The notes under the pieces: model-generated
Seen by the model: the letters and a program-made list of their open reading frames with translations, nothing else
Database searches by the model: none
What the model was told of the DNA's origin: nothing
From: an alpha proteobacterium MED-G09
GTDB taxonomy: Bacteria > Pseudomonadota > Alphaproteobacteria > MED-G09
Direction: 5' to 3'
DNA length: 64,000 bases
Assembly (NCBI GenBank): GCA_905182015.1
Contig: CAJIZT010000005.1
Location: 4,312-68,311 of the forward strand
Shown here: piece by piece, positions 44,757 through 55,700 of the stretch
Numbering within the stretch: position 1 is the stretch's first letter
How the letters are laid out: each line of letters starts with the position of its first letter
Position numbers and translations under genes: made by a program

Positions 44757-45537
44757 TAGTCAAAAAATAAAAAAGAGAACATGCCCTCTGTGCAATAAAT
44801 CTAATAATAACAATTATTTATATTACGAATCGAATCCATGGAAGCTAGTCCAATGTGAATGTTCTTTTGTTTATATGCCCGAGGTTCCAGTCTTTGAAAG
44901 AATGAAAAATGAATTCTCGTGGGAAAGGAATTTTAATAAAAATGAGACTGTTAGTATAAAAAAAAGAGTTAGAAGATTTGTTAAGGGTTTATTAAAGCGA
45001 GATAAGCTAAAGTATTTGTTGAATACATTTTGCAAGAGCGGTGATATTCTAGACATTGGCTGCGGTTCTGGAGCTAAATTTGATAATATTTCAGATATCT
45101 TCACTCCATTTGGAATTGACATTTCAGAAGAATCTGCTCGAGAGGCTAATGAAAGTTTTAAAAAAAGAGGAGGAGAAGCTGTTTGCGCCCCCTCTACTGA
45201 AGTTCTGGATAAATTTGGAAAAAATAAATTTTCTGGTGCAATATTAAGGGCTTATCTTGAGCACGAACACGAACCATTTGAGGTATTAAAAAATTTAAAA
45301 TACACACTCAAAAATGACGCTTACGTTATTATTAAAGTTCCGAATTACGCTAGTGTGAATAGAATAGTTAGGGGTAATAAGTGGTGTGGTTTTAGGTTCC
45401 CCGATCACGTTAATCAATTTACTCCAAAAACATTACTAAGAATGGTAAGAGATGCTAATTATAAAGTAGTAAAGTTTAATTTTTTTGATTACCTGCCAAC
45501 AAGTGACAATATGTGGATGGTTATTAAACCAAAATAA
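44749..45537 (+). CDS. Class I SAM-dependent methyltransferase with N-terminal Cys4 zinc-ribbon
   Basis: SAM motif LDIGCGSGA; N-terminal CPLC...CEC. Start ATG at 44749 overlaps the valS TGA (the ORF-track start at 44740 is less likely). Confidence 0.65.
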   Translation: MSDSQKIKKRTCPLCNKSNNNNYLYYESNPWKLVQCECSFVYMPEVPVFERMKNEFSWERNFNKNETVSIKKRVRRFVKGLLKRDKLKYLLNTFCKSGDILDIGCGSGAKFDNISDIFTPFGIDISEESAREANESFKKRGGEAVCAPSTEVLDKFGKNKFSGAILRAYLEHEHEPFEVLKNLKYTLKNDAYVIIKVPNYASVNRIVRGNKWCGFRFPDHVNQFTPKTLLRMVRDANYKVVKFNFFDYLPTSDNMWMVIKPK

Positions 45538-45555
45538 TGATTAAGAGGTAAAATT

Positions 45556-47280
45556 ATGTCTAATAGAAAGTTTGATAAATCAAAATTACCTAGCAGGCAC
45601 GTTAGTATTGGTCCTGAACGTGCTCCGCATCGATCTTATTATTATGCAATGGGTATGACTGAAGAGGATATTAATAAACCATTTGTTGGAGTGGTTTCAA
45701 CCTGGAATGAGGCAGCTCCATGCAATATAGCCTTAATGCGTCAGGCACAATCGGTAAAAAAAGGTGTGACAGAGGCTGGTGGAACTCCAAGAGAGTTTTG
45801 TACTATAACTGTTACAGACGGTATAGCCATGGGACATCAAGGTATGAAGTCTTCGTTGGTCTCAAGGGAGGTTATTGCTGATTCAACAGAGCTAACTGTT
45901 CGCGGACACTCCTATGATGCTTTAGTTGGGCTGGCAGGATGCGATAAATCCTTGCCTGGTTTAATGATGGCAATGTGCCGTTTAAATGTACCAAGTGTTT
46001 TTATGTATGGCGGATCAATTTTACCAGGTCGATACAAGGGTAACGATGTGACGGTGGTAGATGTATTTGAGGCGGTGGGGAAGTATGCGGCGGGAGGAGC
46101 GAGCGAAGAAGATCTTAGAGATCTTGAGCGCGTGGCCTGCCCAAGTGCTGGCGCTTGTGGAGGACAGTTTACAGCTAATACAATGGCTTGTGTTTCGGAG
46201 GTAATGGGATTAGCCCTACCTTACTCATCCGGCGCGCCAGCGCCCTATGAAGAGCGTGATAGGTATGCTTATGAATCTGGTAAGCAGATAATGGATTTAA
46301 TTGAGAGAAATATTAGGCCAAGAGATATCGTAACTAGGAAATCACTTGAAAATGCCGCAACTATAGTTGCTGCGACAGGAGGATCAACAAATGCCGGCCT
46401 GCATCTTCCAGCAATCGCTCATGAGTGCGGCATTGAATTCACTCTTGATGATGTGGTCGAGGTATTTAAAAGAACCCCTTATATCGCCGATTTAAAACCT
46501 GGAGGTCAATACGTTGCAAAAGATGTTTATGAGGCGGGAGGGGTGCCTATAATTATTAAAACCTTGTTTGAGGGTGGCTACATACACGGTGACTGCTTAA
46601 CTGTAACCGGAAAAACATTAGAAGAAAATTTAGAATCTGTGGAATTCAATACTGAACAAAAAGTAATAAGGCCATACAATAACCCCTTAAGTCCAACCGG
46701 AGGTGTTGTTGGTTTAAAGGGGAATCTTGCCCCTGATGGAGCTATTGTAAAAGTTGCGGGAATGGAAAATACTTATTTTGAGGGTGTTGCTAGGTGTTTT
46801 GATTGTGAGGAGGACGCTTTTAAATGCGTTTCAAATAAAGATTATCATGAAGGTGACGTAATAGTTGTAAGGTATGAGGGACCAAAAGGAGGTCCTGGCA
46901 TGAGAGAGATGCTATCAACTACAGCTGCGCTGTCAGGGCAAGGTATGGGCGGAAAAGTAGCCCTTATTACGGACGGAAGGTTTAGCGGGGGGACGAGAGG
47001 CTTATGTGTTGGCCATGTTGGCCCTGAAGCTGCAGTCGGAGGGCCAATAGCCCTAATTAATGACGGAGATAAAATTACCATAGATGGTGAAAATGGAGTC
47101 CTAAGTGTTAATGTGAATGAGGAAGAACTTAAAAAAAGAAAAAAAGCCTGGAAGCCCCGTGGAACTGATTACAATAGCGGCACGCTATGGAAGTATTCTC
47201 AGACAGTTGGGTCTGCTCAAAAGGGAGCTATAACACATCCCGGCGCTGAAAAAGAAACACATGTTTATGCTGATATATAG
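45556..47280 (+). CDS. ilvD: Dihydroxy-acid dehydratase
   Basis: 574 aa; ILVD/EDD signatures ([21 protein letters not shown]). Confidence 0.95.
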   Translation: MSNRKFDKSKLPSRHVSIGPERAPHRSYYYAMGMTEEDINKPFVGVVSTWNEAAPCNIALMRQAQSVKKGVTEAGGTPREFCTITVTDGIAMGHQGMKSSLVSREVIADSTELTVRGHSYDALVGLAGCDKSLPGLMMAMCRLNVPSVFMYGGSILPGRYKGNDVTVVDVFEAVGKYAAGGASEEDLRDLERVACPSAGACGGQFTANTMACVSEVMGLALPYSSGAPAPYEERDRYAYESGKQIMDLIERNIRPRDIVTRKSLENAATIVAATGGSTNAGLHLPAIAHECGIEFTLDDVVEVFKRTPYIADLKPGGQYVAKDVYEAGGVPIIIKTLFEGGYIHGDCLTVTGKTLEENLESVEFNTEQKVIRPYNNPLSPTGGVVGLKGNLAPDGAIVKVAGMENTYFEGVARCFDCEEDAFKCVSNKDYHEGDVIVVRYEGPKGGPGMREMLSTTAALSGQGMGGKVALITDGRFSGGTRGLCVGHVGPEAAVGGPIALINDGDKITIDGENGVLSVNVNEEELKKRKKAWKPRGTDYNSGTLWKYSQTVGSAQKGAITHPGAEKETHVYADI

Positions 47281-47286
47281 AAGTAT

Positions 47287-48099
47287 TTAAATTAATTCAA
47301 TAATAACAGGAACATGGTCTGAAGGCTTTTCTTTGTCTCTAACATCTTTATCAATGAAGACACCTTTCATTTTATCGTTAGCCAATGGTGATGTCAGAAT
47401 ATGATCAATTCTAATACCATGATTTTTTTGCCATGCACCCCTTTGGTAGTCCCAAAAAGTATAATTCCCTTCTTCACTGTTGAATTGTCGAAATGAATCC
47501 GTAAACCCAAGGGAAAGGATTTCTCTGTAGGCTTTTTTTGTTTCTAATTTAAACAAAGCATCATCTTTCCATGCTTCGGGGTTGTGAACATCTAGTTCGC
47601 TAGGAATAACATTAAAATCGCCTAAAACAATAAATATTTCTTCATTCATTAGCGTCTCCGATAGGTGACGTTTCAAATTGTTCATCCACTCTAATTTATA
47701 GTCATACTTTATTCCAGGAACTGGATTTCCATTAGGAAGATATATATTTGATAGCCTTATCATTCCAACATCTGTTGAGTGAACTGTCTCGATATACCTA
47801 GCTTGATCATCATTATATCCGGGGATTCCGTTAATGGTTTCTTCAATAAGAAATTTCGATAGAACGGCGACGCCATTATAGCTTTTTTGACCATGAACCT
47901 TAACATTGTATCCCATTTCCTCAAAAGGACTAACTGGGAAGTCTTTATCTACAACTTTTGTTTCCTGAATACATAAAATATCTGGATTTTCATGCTTCAA
48001 CCAATCTAAAATATTATTAATTCTAGATCTTACAGAGTTTACATTCCAAGTTGCAATTTTCACGATAGTTACATTGAAAAAGATGTACCACAACCGCAA
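47287..48099 (-). CDS. xthA: Exodeoxyribonuclease III
   Basis: 270 aa; VKIATWNVNS, LCIQETK, C-terminal SDHVPV motifs. Confidence 0.9.
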   Translation of the reverse strand: MRLWYIFFNVTIVKIATWNVNSVRSRINNILDWLKHENPDILCIQETKVVDKDFPVSPFEEMGYNVKVHGQKSYNGVAVLSKFLIEETINGIPGYNDDQARYIETVHSTDVGMIRLSNIYLPNGNPVPGIKYDYKLEWMNNLKRHLSETLMNEEIFIVLGDFNVIPSELDVHNPEAWKDDALFKLETKKAYREILSLGFTDSFRQFNSEEGNYTFWDYQRGAWQKNHGIRIDHILTSPLANDKMKGVFIDKDVRDKEKPSDHVPVIIELI

Positions 48100-48404
48100 G
48101 AGGAGGTTGCGTTTGGATTTTTAATATCAAAAGACTGCCCAATTAGATCATCCTTATAATCAATGACTGAGCCTGCTAGGTATGGGATTGATATTTCGTC
48201 GATTAGAACCTTTGCTCCATTTTCTTCAAGCAAAAAATCACCTTCCTTTAACTCCTTAACTAGATCAAATTGATAAGAGAAACCTGCGCATCCACCACCT
48301 AAGACAGAAATCTTAAGCACGGAATTATCATCCTGTGTTGCAATTATATTGTTTATTTTTTTTGCAGCATTTTTACTGATTGATATATTGTTATTATTTT
48401 CCAT
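48069..48404 (-). CDS. erpA: Iron-sulfur cluster insertion protein (HesB/IscA/ErpA family)
   Basis: 111 aa; conserved Cys in GGGCAGFSY and C-terminal CGCGTSF. Confidence 0.8.
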   Translation of the reverse strand: MENNNNISISKNAAKKINNIIATQDDNSVLKISVLGGGCAGFSYQFDLVKELKEGDFLLEENGAKVLIDEISIPYLAGSVIDYKDDLIGQSFDIKNPNATSSCGCGTSFSM

Positions 48405-48865
48405 TAATTGCCTGGTAAGCTCCCAGCCCCTAATCTTCCAAGGTTTCCAAAAAGCTGTTGAATTACGGTCAGCTCCCTTCCTCTTGTTGGAGTTTTTCTA
48501 TCAATAAATGATACAACCTTTCCATCCTCTAAGCTATAGTATTTTATATTACTAACTTTATCTTCTTCGTTAAATGTTATCGCTAATACTCTTCGGTCTG
48601 TGATCTCAGGATGATAAAACGCTATAGTTTCAGCCTTACTGAAGATATAGTACCATATTGAAGAATCAATTGCTGATGTTGTAGACGGTGATCCTAGAAG
48701 GTCAATTATATCATCGGGAGCAGTTTTATTCAGTGAAATCTTATCAAGCAAAGTATCATCAAAGACATAACCTCTGTTCTCTACAATTGGCGATACAATC
48801 GAAGAACAAGACGACAAGAGAAAACATAAAGTTATAAAAAAATATTTTTTAATTACATTATTCAT
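48404..48865 (-). CDS. bamE: Outer-membrane protein assembly factor BamE (SmpA/OmlA lipoprotein)
   Basis: 153 aa; lipobox LLSSC; RGY...DDTLLDKISLNKTAPDDIIDLLGSPS BamE fold signature. Confidence 0.7.
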   Translation of the reverse strand: MNNVIKKYFFITLCFLLSSCSSIVSPIVENRGYVFDDTLLDKISLNKTAPDDIIDLLGSPSTTSAIDSSIWYYIFSKAETIAFYHPEITDRRVLAITFNEEDKVSNIKYYSLEDGKVVSFIDRKTPTRGRELTVIQQLFGNLGRLGAGSLPGN

Positions 48866-48923
48866 AGGATAAAAGTTACACCTTGGTTAAAATAAGTTAT
48901 AGAAATGGGCTGTTCTTTAATAT

Positions 48924-49487
48924 TTGTCAATCTTAGTGATCAAAATGTTTAAAAAAATAATAAATTTTATAAATTCAAAAATTAAATCAAGTGAATATTA
49001 TTCTTCGCCTCACGCTTTGCTGTATAGAAGAATCCTTGAATCCTCATATGATAATACTTTTTATGCTAATCTGAAGGTCCCGGATACAATAGATGGCCGC
49101 TTTGATGTTATAATTCTCCATATCTTTGTTTTTATTAAAATTTTTAAAAATTCTAGTGATGTGGAGAAAAATTTTACACAGAAACTTTTTGATATTTTTA
49201 TGATTGAGGTAGAATCATCTTACCGAGAAATGGGCATTAGCGATCAATCTTTTGGAAAAAAGATGAAAATTGTTATCGAATCTTTTTACGGACGAACAAA
49301 ATTATATGATCAATACTTTGATGATGAGGAAGAGTTTTCAAGGTGCTTATTGCAAAATATTTGGGATAACGATAAAGAAAGGGACAAAGAATCTAGAAAA
49401 TTATATCATTTTGTTTGTCAAAAAGTTAATAAGTATAAAGATAAATCATTGAGGGATGTTCTAATCATCTCCTCAAGAGGATTTTAA
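48924..49487 (+). CDS. Ubiquinol-cytochrome c chaperone (Cbp3-like) family protein
   Basis: 187 aa; VPDTIDGRFDVIILHIFVFI matches the VPDTLDGRFE..LH core of the Ubiq_cyt_C_chap family; syntenic with bamE/plsX as in other alphaproteobacteria. Confidence 0.6.
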   Translation: MSILVIKMFKKIINFINSKIKSSEYYSSPHALLYRRILESSYDNTFYANLKVPDTIDGRFDVIILHIFVFIKIFKNSSDVEKNFTQKLFDIFMIEVESSYREMGISDQSFGKKMKIVIESFYGRTKLYDQYFDDEEEFSRCLLQNIWDNDKERDKESRKLYHFVCQKVNKYKDKSLRDVLIISSRGF

Positions 49488-49513
49488 ATGTTTATTTATT
49501 CTAAGGTTCTATC

Positions 49514-50533
49514 TTGAGTTCAAATAAAGTTATATCGATTGATGCGATGGGTGGCGATGAAGGTTTATGTGTTGCCGTGGAAGGCTTATCTATTGCTTTA
49601 GACAAGAATGATAACTTTTCAGCTATACTGTTCGGAGATGAGCCTGAAATAAAGTCCGAACTTAAGAAGTACTCAAATATTAATAAAAAAGTAGAAATTG
49701 TCCATTGCGGCAAGGTTGTTCCAATGGATGCAAAACCTATTGATGCCATTAGAAGAATTGGTAAAGAATCCTCTATGTGGGGGTGTATTAAATCTGTTGG
49801 TGACGGGAATGCAAGCGTCGCCCTCTCCGCAGGTAATACGGGAGCTTTAATGGGGTTATCGACAATTATTTTAAGGACCATTGACGGAATTGAAAGGCCT
49901 GCAATTTCAAGTCTATGGCCAAATATAAATGGAAATTCCGTGGTATTAGATCTAGGGGCTAATGTTAAAGTTTCATCCAGTCAGTTAGTTCAGTTTGGAA
50001 TACTTGGATATGCTTATGCCTTGTCAATTTTAGAAAAAAGTAACCCATCTATTGGGTTGTTAAATATTGGACATGAGGAAATGAAAGGTACAGAAAATAT
50101 CCAAAAAGCTTCAGAGGGGATGAAGAGATTATTCAAAGAAAACTATATTGGCTATGTCGAGGGTGACGGCATATCTCTAGGAAAATCAGACGTTGTCGTT
50201 ACAGACGGCTTTACCGGGAATATAGCTCTAAAAACGGCCGAAGGAACCGCTAAGCTTGTTGGGCAATTTATGTCTGATATATTTAAGAAATCTTTAATGG
50301 GTCGGTTAGGGTATTTAATTGGAAGAAGTTCTTTTATGGAATTAAAAAATAAAATGGACCCAAGGGAGCTTAATGGAGGTGTATTTTTGGGTTTAAATGG
50401 CTTAGTTGTTAAGAGCCATGGAGGAACTGACTCAATTGGATTTTCTAAGGCAATTGAATTTAGCTTAAGGTTATCAGAATCCAATATGTTCGATACTATT
50501 AAAAAATTTGTAAATAAGAATGAAAAAATATGA
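49514..50533 (+). CDS. plsX: Phosphate acyltransferase PlsX
   Basis: 339 aa; [10 protein letters not shown]-terminus; followed by fabH. Confidence 0.93.
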   Translation: MSSNKVISIDAMGGDEGLCVAVEGLSIALDKNDNFSAILFGDEPEIKSELKKYSNINKKVEIVHCGKVVPMDAKPIDAIRRIGKESSMWGCIKSVGDGNASVALSAGNTGALMGLSTIILRTIDGIERPAISSLWPNINGNSVVLDLGANVKVSSSQLVQFGILGYAYALSILEKSNPSIGLLNIGHEEMKGTENIQKASEGMKRLFKENYIGYVEGDGISLGKSDVVVTDGFTGNIALKTAEGTAKLVGQFMSDIFKKSLMGRLGYLIGRSSFMELKNKMDPRELNGGVFLGLNGLVVKSHGGTDSIGFSKAIEFSLRLSESNMFDTIKKFVNKNEKI

Positions 50534-51510
50534 AAAATAAAAGTAATACATTCCGATCTATTGTTCTAGGTGTTGGAACATCTTTGCCAAAAAACATTGT
50601 AACAAACAAAGACCTTACTATGAAGATGGATACATCAGAAGAGTGGATTGAAAGTAGAACCGGTATAAAAGAAAGAAGAATAGCATCTGATGGAGAGACC
50701 ACATCATCTCTTGGAACAGAAGCAGCACAAATTGCAATTAATAACTCTGGTTTAAAAAATTCTGATATTGATCTTATTATTTTAGCTACCTCAACCCCAG
50801 ACAACACATTCCCGGCATCAGCCACAGTTATTCAAGCCTCATTAGGTATAGAAAAAGGTTATGCGTATGATATGCAGGCGGTTTGTTCGGGATTTGTTTT
50901 TGCATTAGAAGCGGCAGATAACGCCATAAAAGCTGGAAATGTTAAAAATGTATTAGTAATTGGATCGGAAACTTTTAGCAGAATACTTGATTGGGATGAC
51001 CGGGGAACATGTGTTTTATTTGGAGATGGAGCTGGTGCATTAGTGCTTTCATCCTCTAAAGAAGAGACGGATAGGGGTATTCTAAGTAATCATTTACATT
51101 CAGATGGTCGCTACGGTAACCTTCTTTATGTTGATGGGGGACCGTCTACATCAAGTCAGGTTGGATTTTTAAGGATGAATGGTCATGGGGTATTTAAGCA
51201 TGCAGTAAAAAAATTATCATCTGTAATTAATGAGGCTCTTGATCATAACGAATTAACTGTAGATGAGATTGATTGGTTTGTTCCTCATCAAGCAAATATA
51301 AGAATTCTTGAGGCAGTTGCAAAAAAAGTTGGACTTCACAAGGATAAGGTAATAATTACTCTTCAGAAGCACGCTAATACTTCTGCTGCCTCCATTCCTC
51401 TTGCATTGTATGATGCTGTCGAAAGTGGTAAAATTAAGAAAGGAGATTTGGTTTTGTTAGAAGCCATGGGTGGGGGATTTAGCTGGGGTTCTACTTTAAT
51501 TAGATGGTAG
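50530..51510 (+). CDS. fabH: 3-oxoacyl-ACP synthase III
   Basis: 326 aa; active-site Cys ([15 protein letters not shown]), His/Asn (VPHQANIRI); ATGA overlap with plsX. Confidence 0.93.
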   Translation: MKNKSNTFRSIVLGVGTSLPKNIVTNKDLTMKMDTSEEWIESRTGIKERRIASDGETTSSLGTEAAQIAINNSGLKNSDIDLIILATSTPDNTFPASATVIQASLGIEKGYAYDMQAVCSGFVFALEAADNAIKAGNVKNVLVIGSETFSRILDWDDRGTCVLFGDGAGALVLSSSKEETDRGILSNHLHSDGRYGNLLYVDGGPSTSSQVGFLRMNGHGVFKHAVKKLSSVINEALDHNELTVDEIDWFVPHQANIRILEAVAKKVGLHKDKVIITLQKHANTSAASIPLALYDAVESGKIKKGDLVLLEAMGGGFSWGSTLIRW

Positions 51511-51562
51511 AAGTCCTTGATTTTTATAAAAAAAAGTTTTATATGTAAAAAGGAAAATTAAA

Positions 51563-51853
51563 ATGAGCGAAACCTTAACGAGAGCAGATTTATCTGAAGC
51601 AATTTATTCTGAAATAGGAATTTCAAAAGTTGAATCTTCTCAAATAGTAGATCAAATTTTTGAGGAAATTATTCTAGACTTAATAAATGGAAAAAGTGTA
51701 AAGCTATCCTCTTTTGGGAGCTTTTTGGTCAGACAAAAAAATGAAAGAATTGGACGAAATCCAAAAACGAAAGAAGAAGCCGTAATCGAAGCAAGAAGAG
51801 TTGTTGTGTTTAGGGCAAGTAAAGAACTTAAAAATAATATAATTAATGAATAA
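51563..51853 (+). CDS. ihfA: Integration host factor subunit alpha
   Basis: 96 aa; HU/IHF fold; GFGSF..R..ERIGRNPKT arm. Confidence 0.88.
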   Translation: MSETLTRADLSEAIYSEIGISKVESSQIVDQIFEEIILDLINGKSVKLSSFGSFLVRQKNERIGRNPKTKEEAVIEARRVVVFRASKELKNNIINE

Positions 51854-51863
51854 AAGTTAACAT

Positions 51864-52235
51864 ATGGCAGAAAAAAGTCCTGAAGCATATAGAACTATTG
51901 GAGAGGCTTCCAAAGAGATAGGCGTACCATCCTATGTTTTAAGATTTTGGGAAACTAAATTCAGGCAAATAAAGCTAATTAAAAGACCTGGAGGTAGAAG
52001 ATTCTATCGTCCTGAAGATATTCTCCTTCTTTTAAAGATAAAAAATTTTCTTAAGAAAGATGGATTAAGCATCAAAGAGGCAAATAATAAACTCAATAAT
52101 ATAGAAAAACTAGATCCAGTGAATTCACCAGTAAGTGCGGAGAAGGCGGGAAATTTAAAATCCAGCATTGTGAACACTAATAATAGAAATGAGCTTCTGA
52201 AAAAGCTTGAGGAAATTCTTAAAACACTATCTTGA
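51864..52235 (+). CDS. MerR-family transcriptional regulator
   Basis: 123 aa; HTH YRTIGEASKEIGVPSYVLRFWE; conserved position downstream of ihfA. Confidence 0.75.
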   Translation: MAEKSPEAYRTIGEASKEIGVPSYVLRFWETKFRQIKLIKRPGGRRFYRPEDILLLLKIKNFLKKDGLSIKEANNKLNNIEKLDPVNSPVSAEKAGNLKSSIVNTNNRNELLKKLEEILKTLS

Positions 52236-52502
52236 TTTAATTTTACAGATATCAAAAATTTACCTTATAGCTCTTTAAAAAATAAATTGTTTTGAAATTA
52301 AGAAGACTCGTTTAGCATTATGAAATAAATAATAAAAACAAAGGTGCTGTAATGGATAGTATTATTAAAGCTGGTAAATATATTTTTGAAGGTTTGCGGT
52401 CTGAAAAAAAACAAGAAAATGATTATTTTGAAACTGAATCTCTAGGGGCAGAGTTTTCTGTTAGGCATGTTTTAAATAAAAAAAGATACTAGATTTAGTA
52501 TT

Positions 52503-52913
52503 TTATTTTTCTATATAACTGCATATTTTCTCTAACTCTTCAAAGCCAATTGACTCAAAAGTGGGTGTCGTAAAATTACTTTCTTTATAGCTTTCGTTTA
52601 TTAAAGTTTCACCTTCTGACATTTGATCTTTATATAATATGATTTGGGAAGCGCTTGTTCTAAACCTTTTACAATCAGTTTGTTTATATACTTTTTTTGA
52701 AGAATATCCCTCAGGCAGGGTGGGAATTTTTTGTGGTTCAAGATAATCGGTTAATACCCAGTAATAAATATACCTGTTACCAGAACTTGTTTCGCTAAGG
52801 TCTATATAATGTATAGCGTAATCTGTTTCACCAAACTTTACCCAATTCGCCAACAACGGAGTGTTTAAGTAATATAAAAATATTGCTATGGAGAATATTA
52901 TTTTTTTTAACAT
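52503..52913 (-). CDS. Hypothetical secreted protein
   Basis: 136 aa; signal peptide; no recognisable domain. Confidence 0.4.
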   Translation of the reverse strand: MLKKIIFSIAIFLYYLNTPLLANWVKFGETDYAIHYIDLSETSSGNRYIYYWVLTDYLEPQKIPTLPEGYSSKKVYKQTDCKRFRTSASQIILYKDQMSEGETLINESYKESNFTTPTFESIGFEELEKICSYIEK

Positions 52914-52994
52914 TATTTGATTTTAAATAATATCATTTTGAAAGTCTATTAACTCTTAATTTCTTTTTTATAGATTCTGTCATAAGGTAATAAA

Positions 52995-53453
52995 ATGTTA
53001 GAGAAGCAACCTTTTTGGAAAACTAAATCATTAAGACAAATGTCGAAAGCCGAATGGGAATCTTTGTGTGATGGTTGCGGTAAATGCTGTCTTCATAAGC
53101 TTGAGGATGTGGATACTGGGGAAATATCGGTTTCTAATGTTTCATGTGGCTATTTGGACGAGACTTCTTGTAAGTGCAAGGACTATGGAAATAGAAAAAA
53201 AAATGTTCCTAGTTGCATGCAATTAACTCCAAAAAAAGTAAAACAATTAAAGTGGCTTCCATCCACCTGCGCCTATAGATTAATCGATGAAGGAAAGAGC
53301 CTGTATGATTGGCACCATCTTATTTCTGGAAGTTCAGAAACAATTCACGAGAACGGAATGTCAGTTCGAGATTATGCTGTGAATGAGTCCGGTCTTAAAA
53401 ATGTAGAAGAATATATTCTTGAATGGTTCAATCAAAATGGTACTCTTTTTTAG
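52995..53453 (+). CDS. YcgN/YkgJ-family cysteine-cluster protein (UPF0260)
   Basis: 152 aa; CDGCGKCC ... [15 protein letters not shown] Cys cluster. Confidence 0.7.
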   Translation: MLEKQPFWKTKSLRQMSKAEWESLCDGCGKCCLHKLEDVDTGEISVSNVSCGYLDETSCKCKDYGNRKKNVPSCMQLTPKKVKQLKWLPSTCAYRLIDEGKSLYDWHHLISGSSETIHENGMSVRDYAVNESGLKNVEEYILEWFNQNGTLF

Positions 53454-53481
53454 ATAAAAATAATAAAAATGAGGTTATTCG

Positions 53482-54045
53482 ATGAGTAAGATAGAACCAG
53501 TTAAGGGATGGCATAAATATACTAAGTTTATGAATTCCTTTAGTGATAAAAAACATAAAAATATGCTTAATAATATGAGGCATCACTTAAAATACGAATG
53601 CTTAAAAGATCCTGAGATATTCAATACCCTTATTCCTGATCCTGAATACCGTTTTTATGGAGGCTTTAATAATGCCATTATTAACGGGATAGAGGATGTA
53701 AAGGCATTTTATTATGGCATTTGGGATTCAGATAGCAGTCTTGTAGAGCTTGATATTCATCACTGCTCTGTTGGTGATTGGGGTGTTGCGTGTGATGGTG
53801 AGTGGTACCAACAAATGCCTGGTAAGGTATTAATTGAGCAAGGAAATGAAGATATGGACCCTAATGCTTATTACCTTTCGCATGCACACCTTTCTTGGTT
53901 TTTTCCTTTTAGGGAGGTTAATGGTTTAATGCTTCTAGAGGGAGAGATTTGTTACCTAGATGAACTAGGTTCAACTTTAACTAAACTTGAAAAGTCAGAT
54001 GTTGCTTCATTAGAGGAGGTTAAAGATTCATGGTTGTCAGTATAA
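53482..54045 (+). CDS. Hypothetical protein, possibly NTF2-like
   Basis: 187 aa; overlaps the next gene by 16 nt; no confident family assignment. Confidence 0.4.
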   Translation: MSKIEPVKGWHKYTKFMNSFSDKKHKNMLNNMRHHLKYECLKDPEIFNTLIPDPEYRFYGGFNNAIINGIEDVKAFYYGIWDSDSSLVELDIHHCSVGDWGVACDGEWYQQMPGKVLIEQGNEDMDPNAYYLSHAHLSWFFPFREVNGLMLLEGEICYLDELGSTLTKLEKSDVASLEEVKDSWLSV

Positions 54046-54530
54046 AAAAAATATTATTAACTCTAATATTAACAATTTGTTTATTTGGAGGAACAATGGC
54101 GGAAGAATTAACTACAAATGATCGTTTAGATATTATTGATGTAATGAGCTCGTATGCTAAGGGAATTGATACAAAGGATTTTGATTTCTATGGAAAAATT
54201 TTCTCTGATGATGTTGAGGTAAATATTATTTATGATCCCAATTTTAGATCTGGCGGCCAAGTTACTTTAAATGGAAAGGAAGAATGGGTATCTTATGTAA
54301 AAGAGGCAGTTAGCAAGTATCAAAGTAGTCAGCACATGATGGGTAACCCATTAATAGTCTATGAAGGTGGGATTGCTAAAGTGAGAACAGATATTCAAGC
54401 TACCCATTACTACAAAGAAGGTGATAATAAAAAATCAACACTTTGGGGTCATTACAATACCCATATGAAGAAATTAAATGGTTCATGGAAGGTTGTTAAG
54501 CATACTCTGACGAGTATTGGATCAGATTAA
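54030..54530 (+). CDS. NTF2-like / SnoaL-like domain protein with signal peptide
   Basis: 166 aa; hydrophobic leader then DRLDIIDVMSSYAKGIDTKDFDFYGKIFSDDVEV typical of SnoaL_4/NTF2-like folds. Confidence 0.55.
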   Translation: MVVSIKKILLTLILTICLFGGTMAEELTTNDRLDIIDVMSSYAKGIDTKDFDFYGKIFSDDVEVNIIYDPNFRSGGQVTLNGKEEWVSYVKEAVSKYQSSQHMMGNPLIVYEGGIAKVRTDIQATHYYKEGDNKKSTLWGHYNTHMKKLNGSWKVVKHTLTSIGSD

Positions 54531-54647
54531 AATTCTTCGATTAATTAAATCGTTTGATAGTGCTTTGGAAAATGATGCTCTTTGGGGTAATAGTGATGAC
54601 TTGGAGCTAGATATACCTTTTTCGTTAGAGGAAATGAAGCCTAATAT

Positions 54648-54851
54648 TTAAACTGACTGACGTTTTTCAGTATTTTTAAGATACTTGTAATATATTCTTG
54701 GAATTGCCCATTTTTCAAGGGCATGTTTTTTATCTCTTCCTATTTTACTTACTTCATAAAAGAGAAAGCGCTTATTTTTAGCAATATTCCAGTCACCTCG
54801 TTTAAAATTTTTTCCTGTCTTAGGATTCGGTCTTTTTGGGTATTCTTTCAT
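54648..54851 (-). CDS. Hypothetical small basic protein
   Basis: 67 aa ORF, K/R-rich; no recognised domain. Confidence 0.3.
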   Translation of the reverse strand: MKEYPKRPNPKTGKNFKRGDWNIAKNKRFLFYEVSKIGRDKKHALEKWAIPRIYYKYLKNTEKRQSV

Positions 54852-55301
54852 GAAGATAAAATATCCAAATGAGTCATAATGTTAAGTTAAAATTTTAAAA
54901 ATCTAAAATTAGAAATTTACGTAAAGCATCATAATTGCAATTGCCGGACCAAATAGAAAAAAAAGAATTCCTAAAATCCAAGTGATATCATTTTTCATTT
55001 CATTCCCCATTATTATTTTTACTAAGAACTTATTAAAATAACTATAACCACATTCACAAAAGAACCAATTAAATTTAAATATTAATATTAAAGGTTGTAA
55101 TCTAGCTCCAATAATCTTTTATACGAAGAATGTTAAACTTTATTAAAATGATACCAAGGATGCTTTGGGTTTCTCTGAAATTTCTATCAGACGGTATTTC
55201 AAATTTTATAATTATTATTGTTTTTTTGATTTTTCTAGGATGGGCTTCCATTTCGTTAAGCATTTGGTATTTTTTTTAATTTAAATAAAGCTGAGGTAAA
55301 T

Positions 55302-55547
55302 ATGGAAGATTTTATTAAATATGGGCAATGGGTTGTTGTGGTTATTAGTCTTTTGGGAATTACCCTCGTAAGTTCAACAAAACCTAAAACTCGATTGAGG
55401 GGTTATATAGTTACTGCGCTTGGAAGGTTAAGCGGAGCTATTTTATTTGTCTTTTTAGACTTATATGCTTTTGTTATAGTTAATCTTATTCATACATTTA
55501 TTGGGCTAAAAGGTTATTTAAAAAACAAGAAAGAAGGTATAGACTAG
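55302..55547 (+). CDS. Small hypothetical membrane protein
   Basis: 81 aa, two transmembrane segments; SD-like GAGG upstream. Confidence 0.35.
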   Translation: MEDFIKYGQWVVVVISLLGITLVSSTKPKTRLRGYIVTALGRLSGAILFVFLDLYAFVIVNLIHTFIGLKGYLKNKKEGID

Positions 55548-55562
55548 AAAGTAGTTAAATGT

Positions 55563-55639
<77 letters not shown>

Positions 55640-55700
55640 TTTAAAATGTTATAAGATAGCTACTGAAAGATTTACTTGTTTGAAAATTTAGGAAAATAAT

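Noticed and set aside
46236-46250. GC-rich GGCGCGCC palindrome inside ilvD
   Set aside because: Simply encodes the conserved SGAPAP peptide segment; no evidence of function beyond coding.
49501-50825. Minus-strand ORFs 49501-49881, 50152-50484, 50499-50825 antisense to plsX/fabH
   Set aside because: Antisense to highly conserved plsX and fabH; spurious.
52320-52491. 46-aa ORF MDSIIKAGKYIFEGLRSEKKQENDYFETESLGAEFSVRHVLNKKRY in the merR-downstream spacer
   Set aside because: Weak SD (AAGGTG), no recognisable features and no hydrophobic or structural signature; kept out of the feature list.
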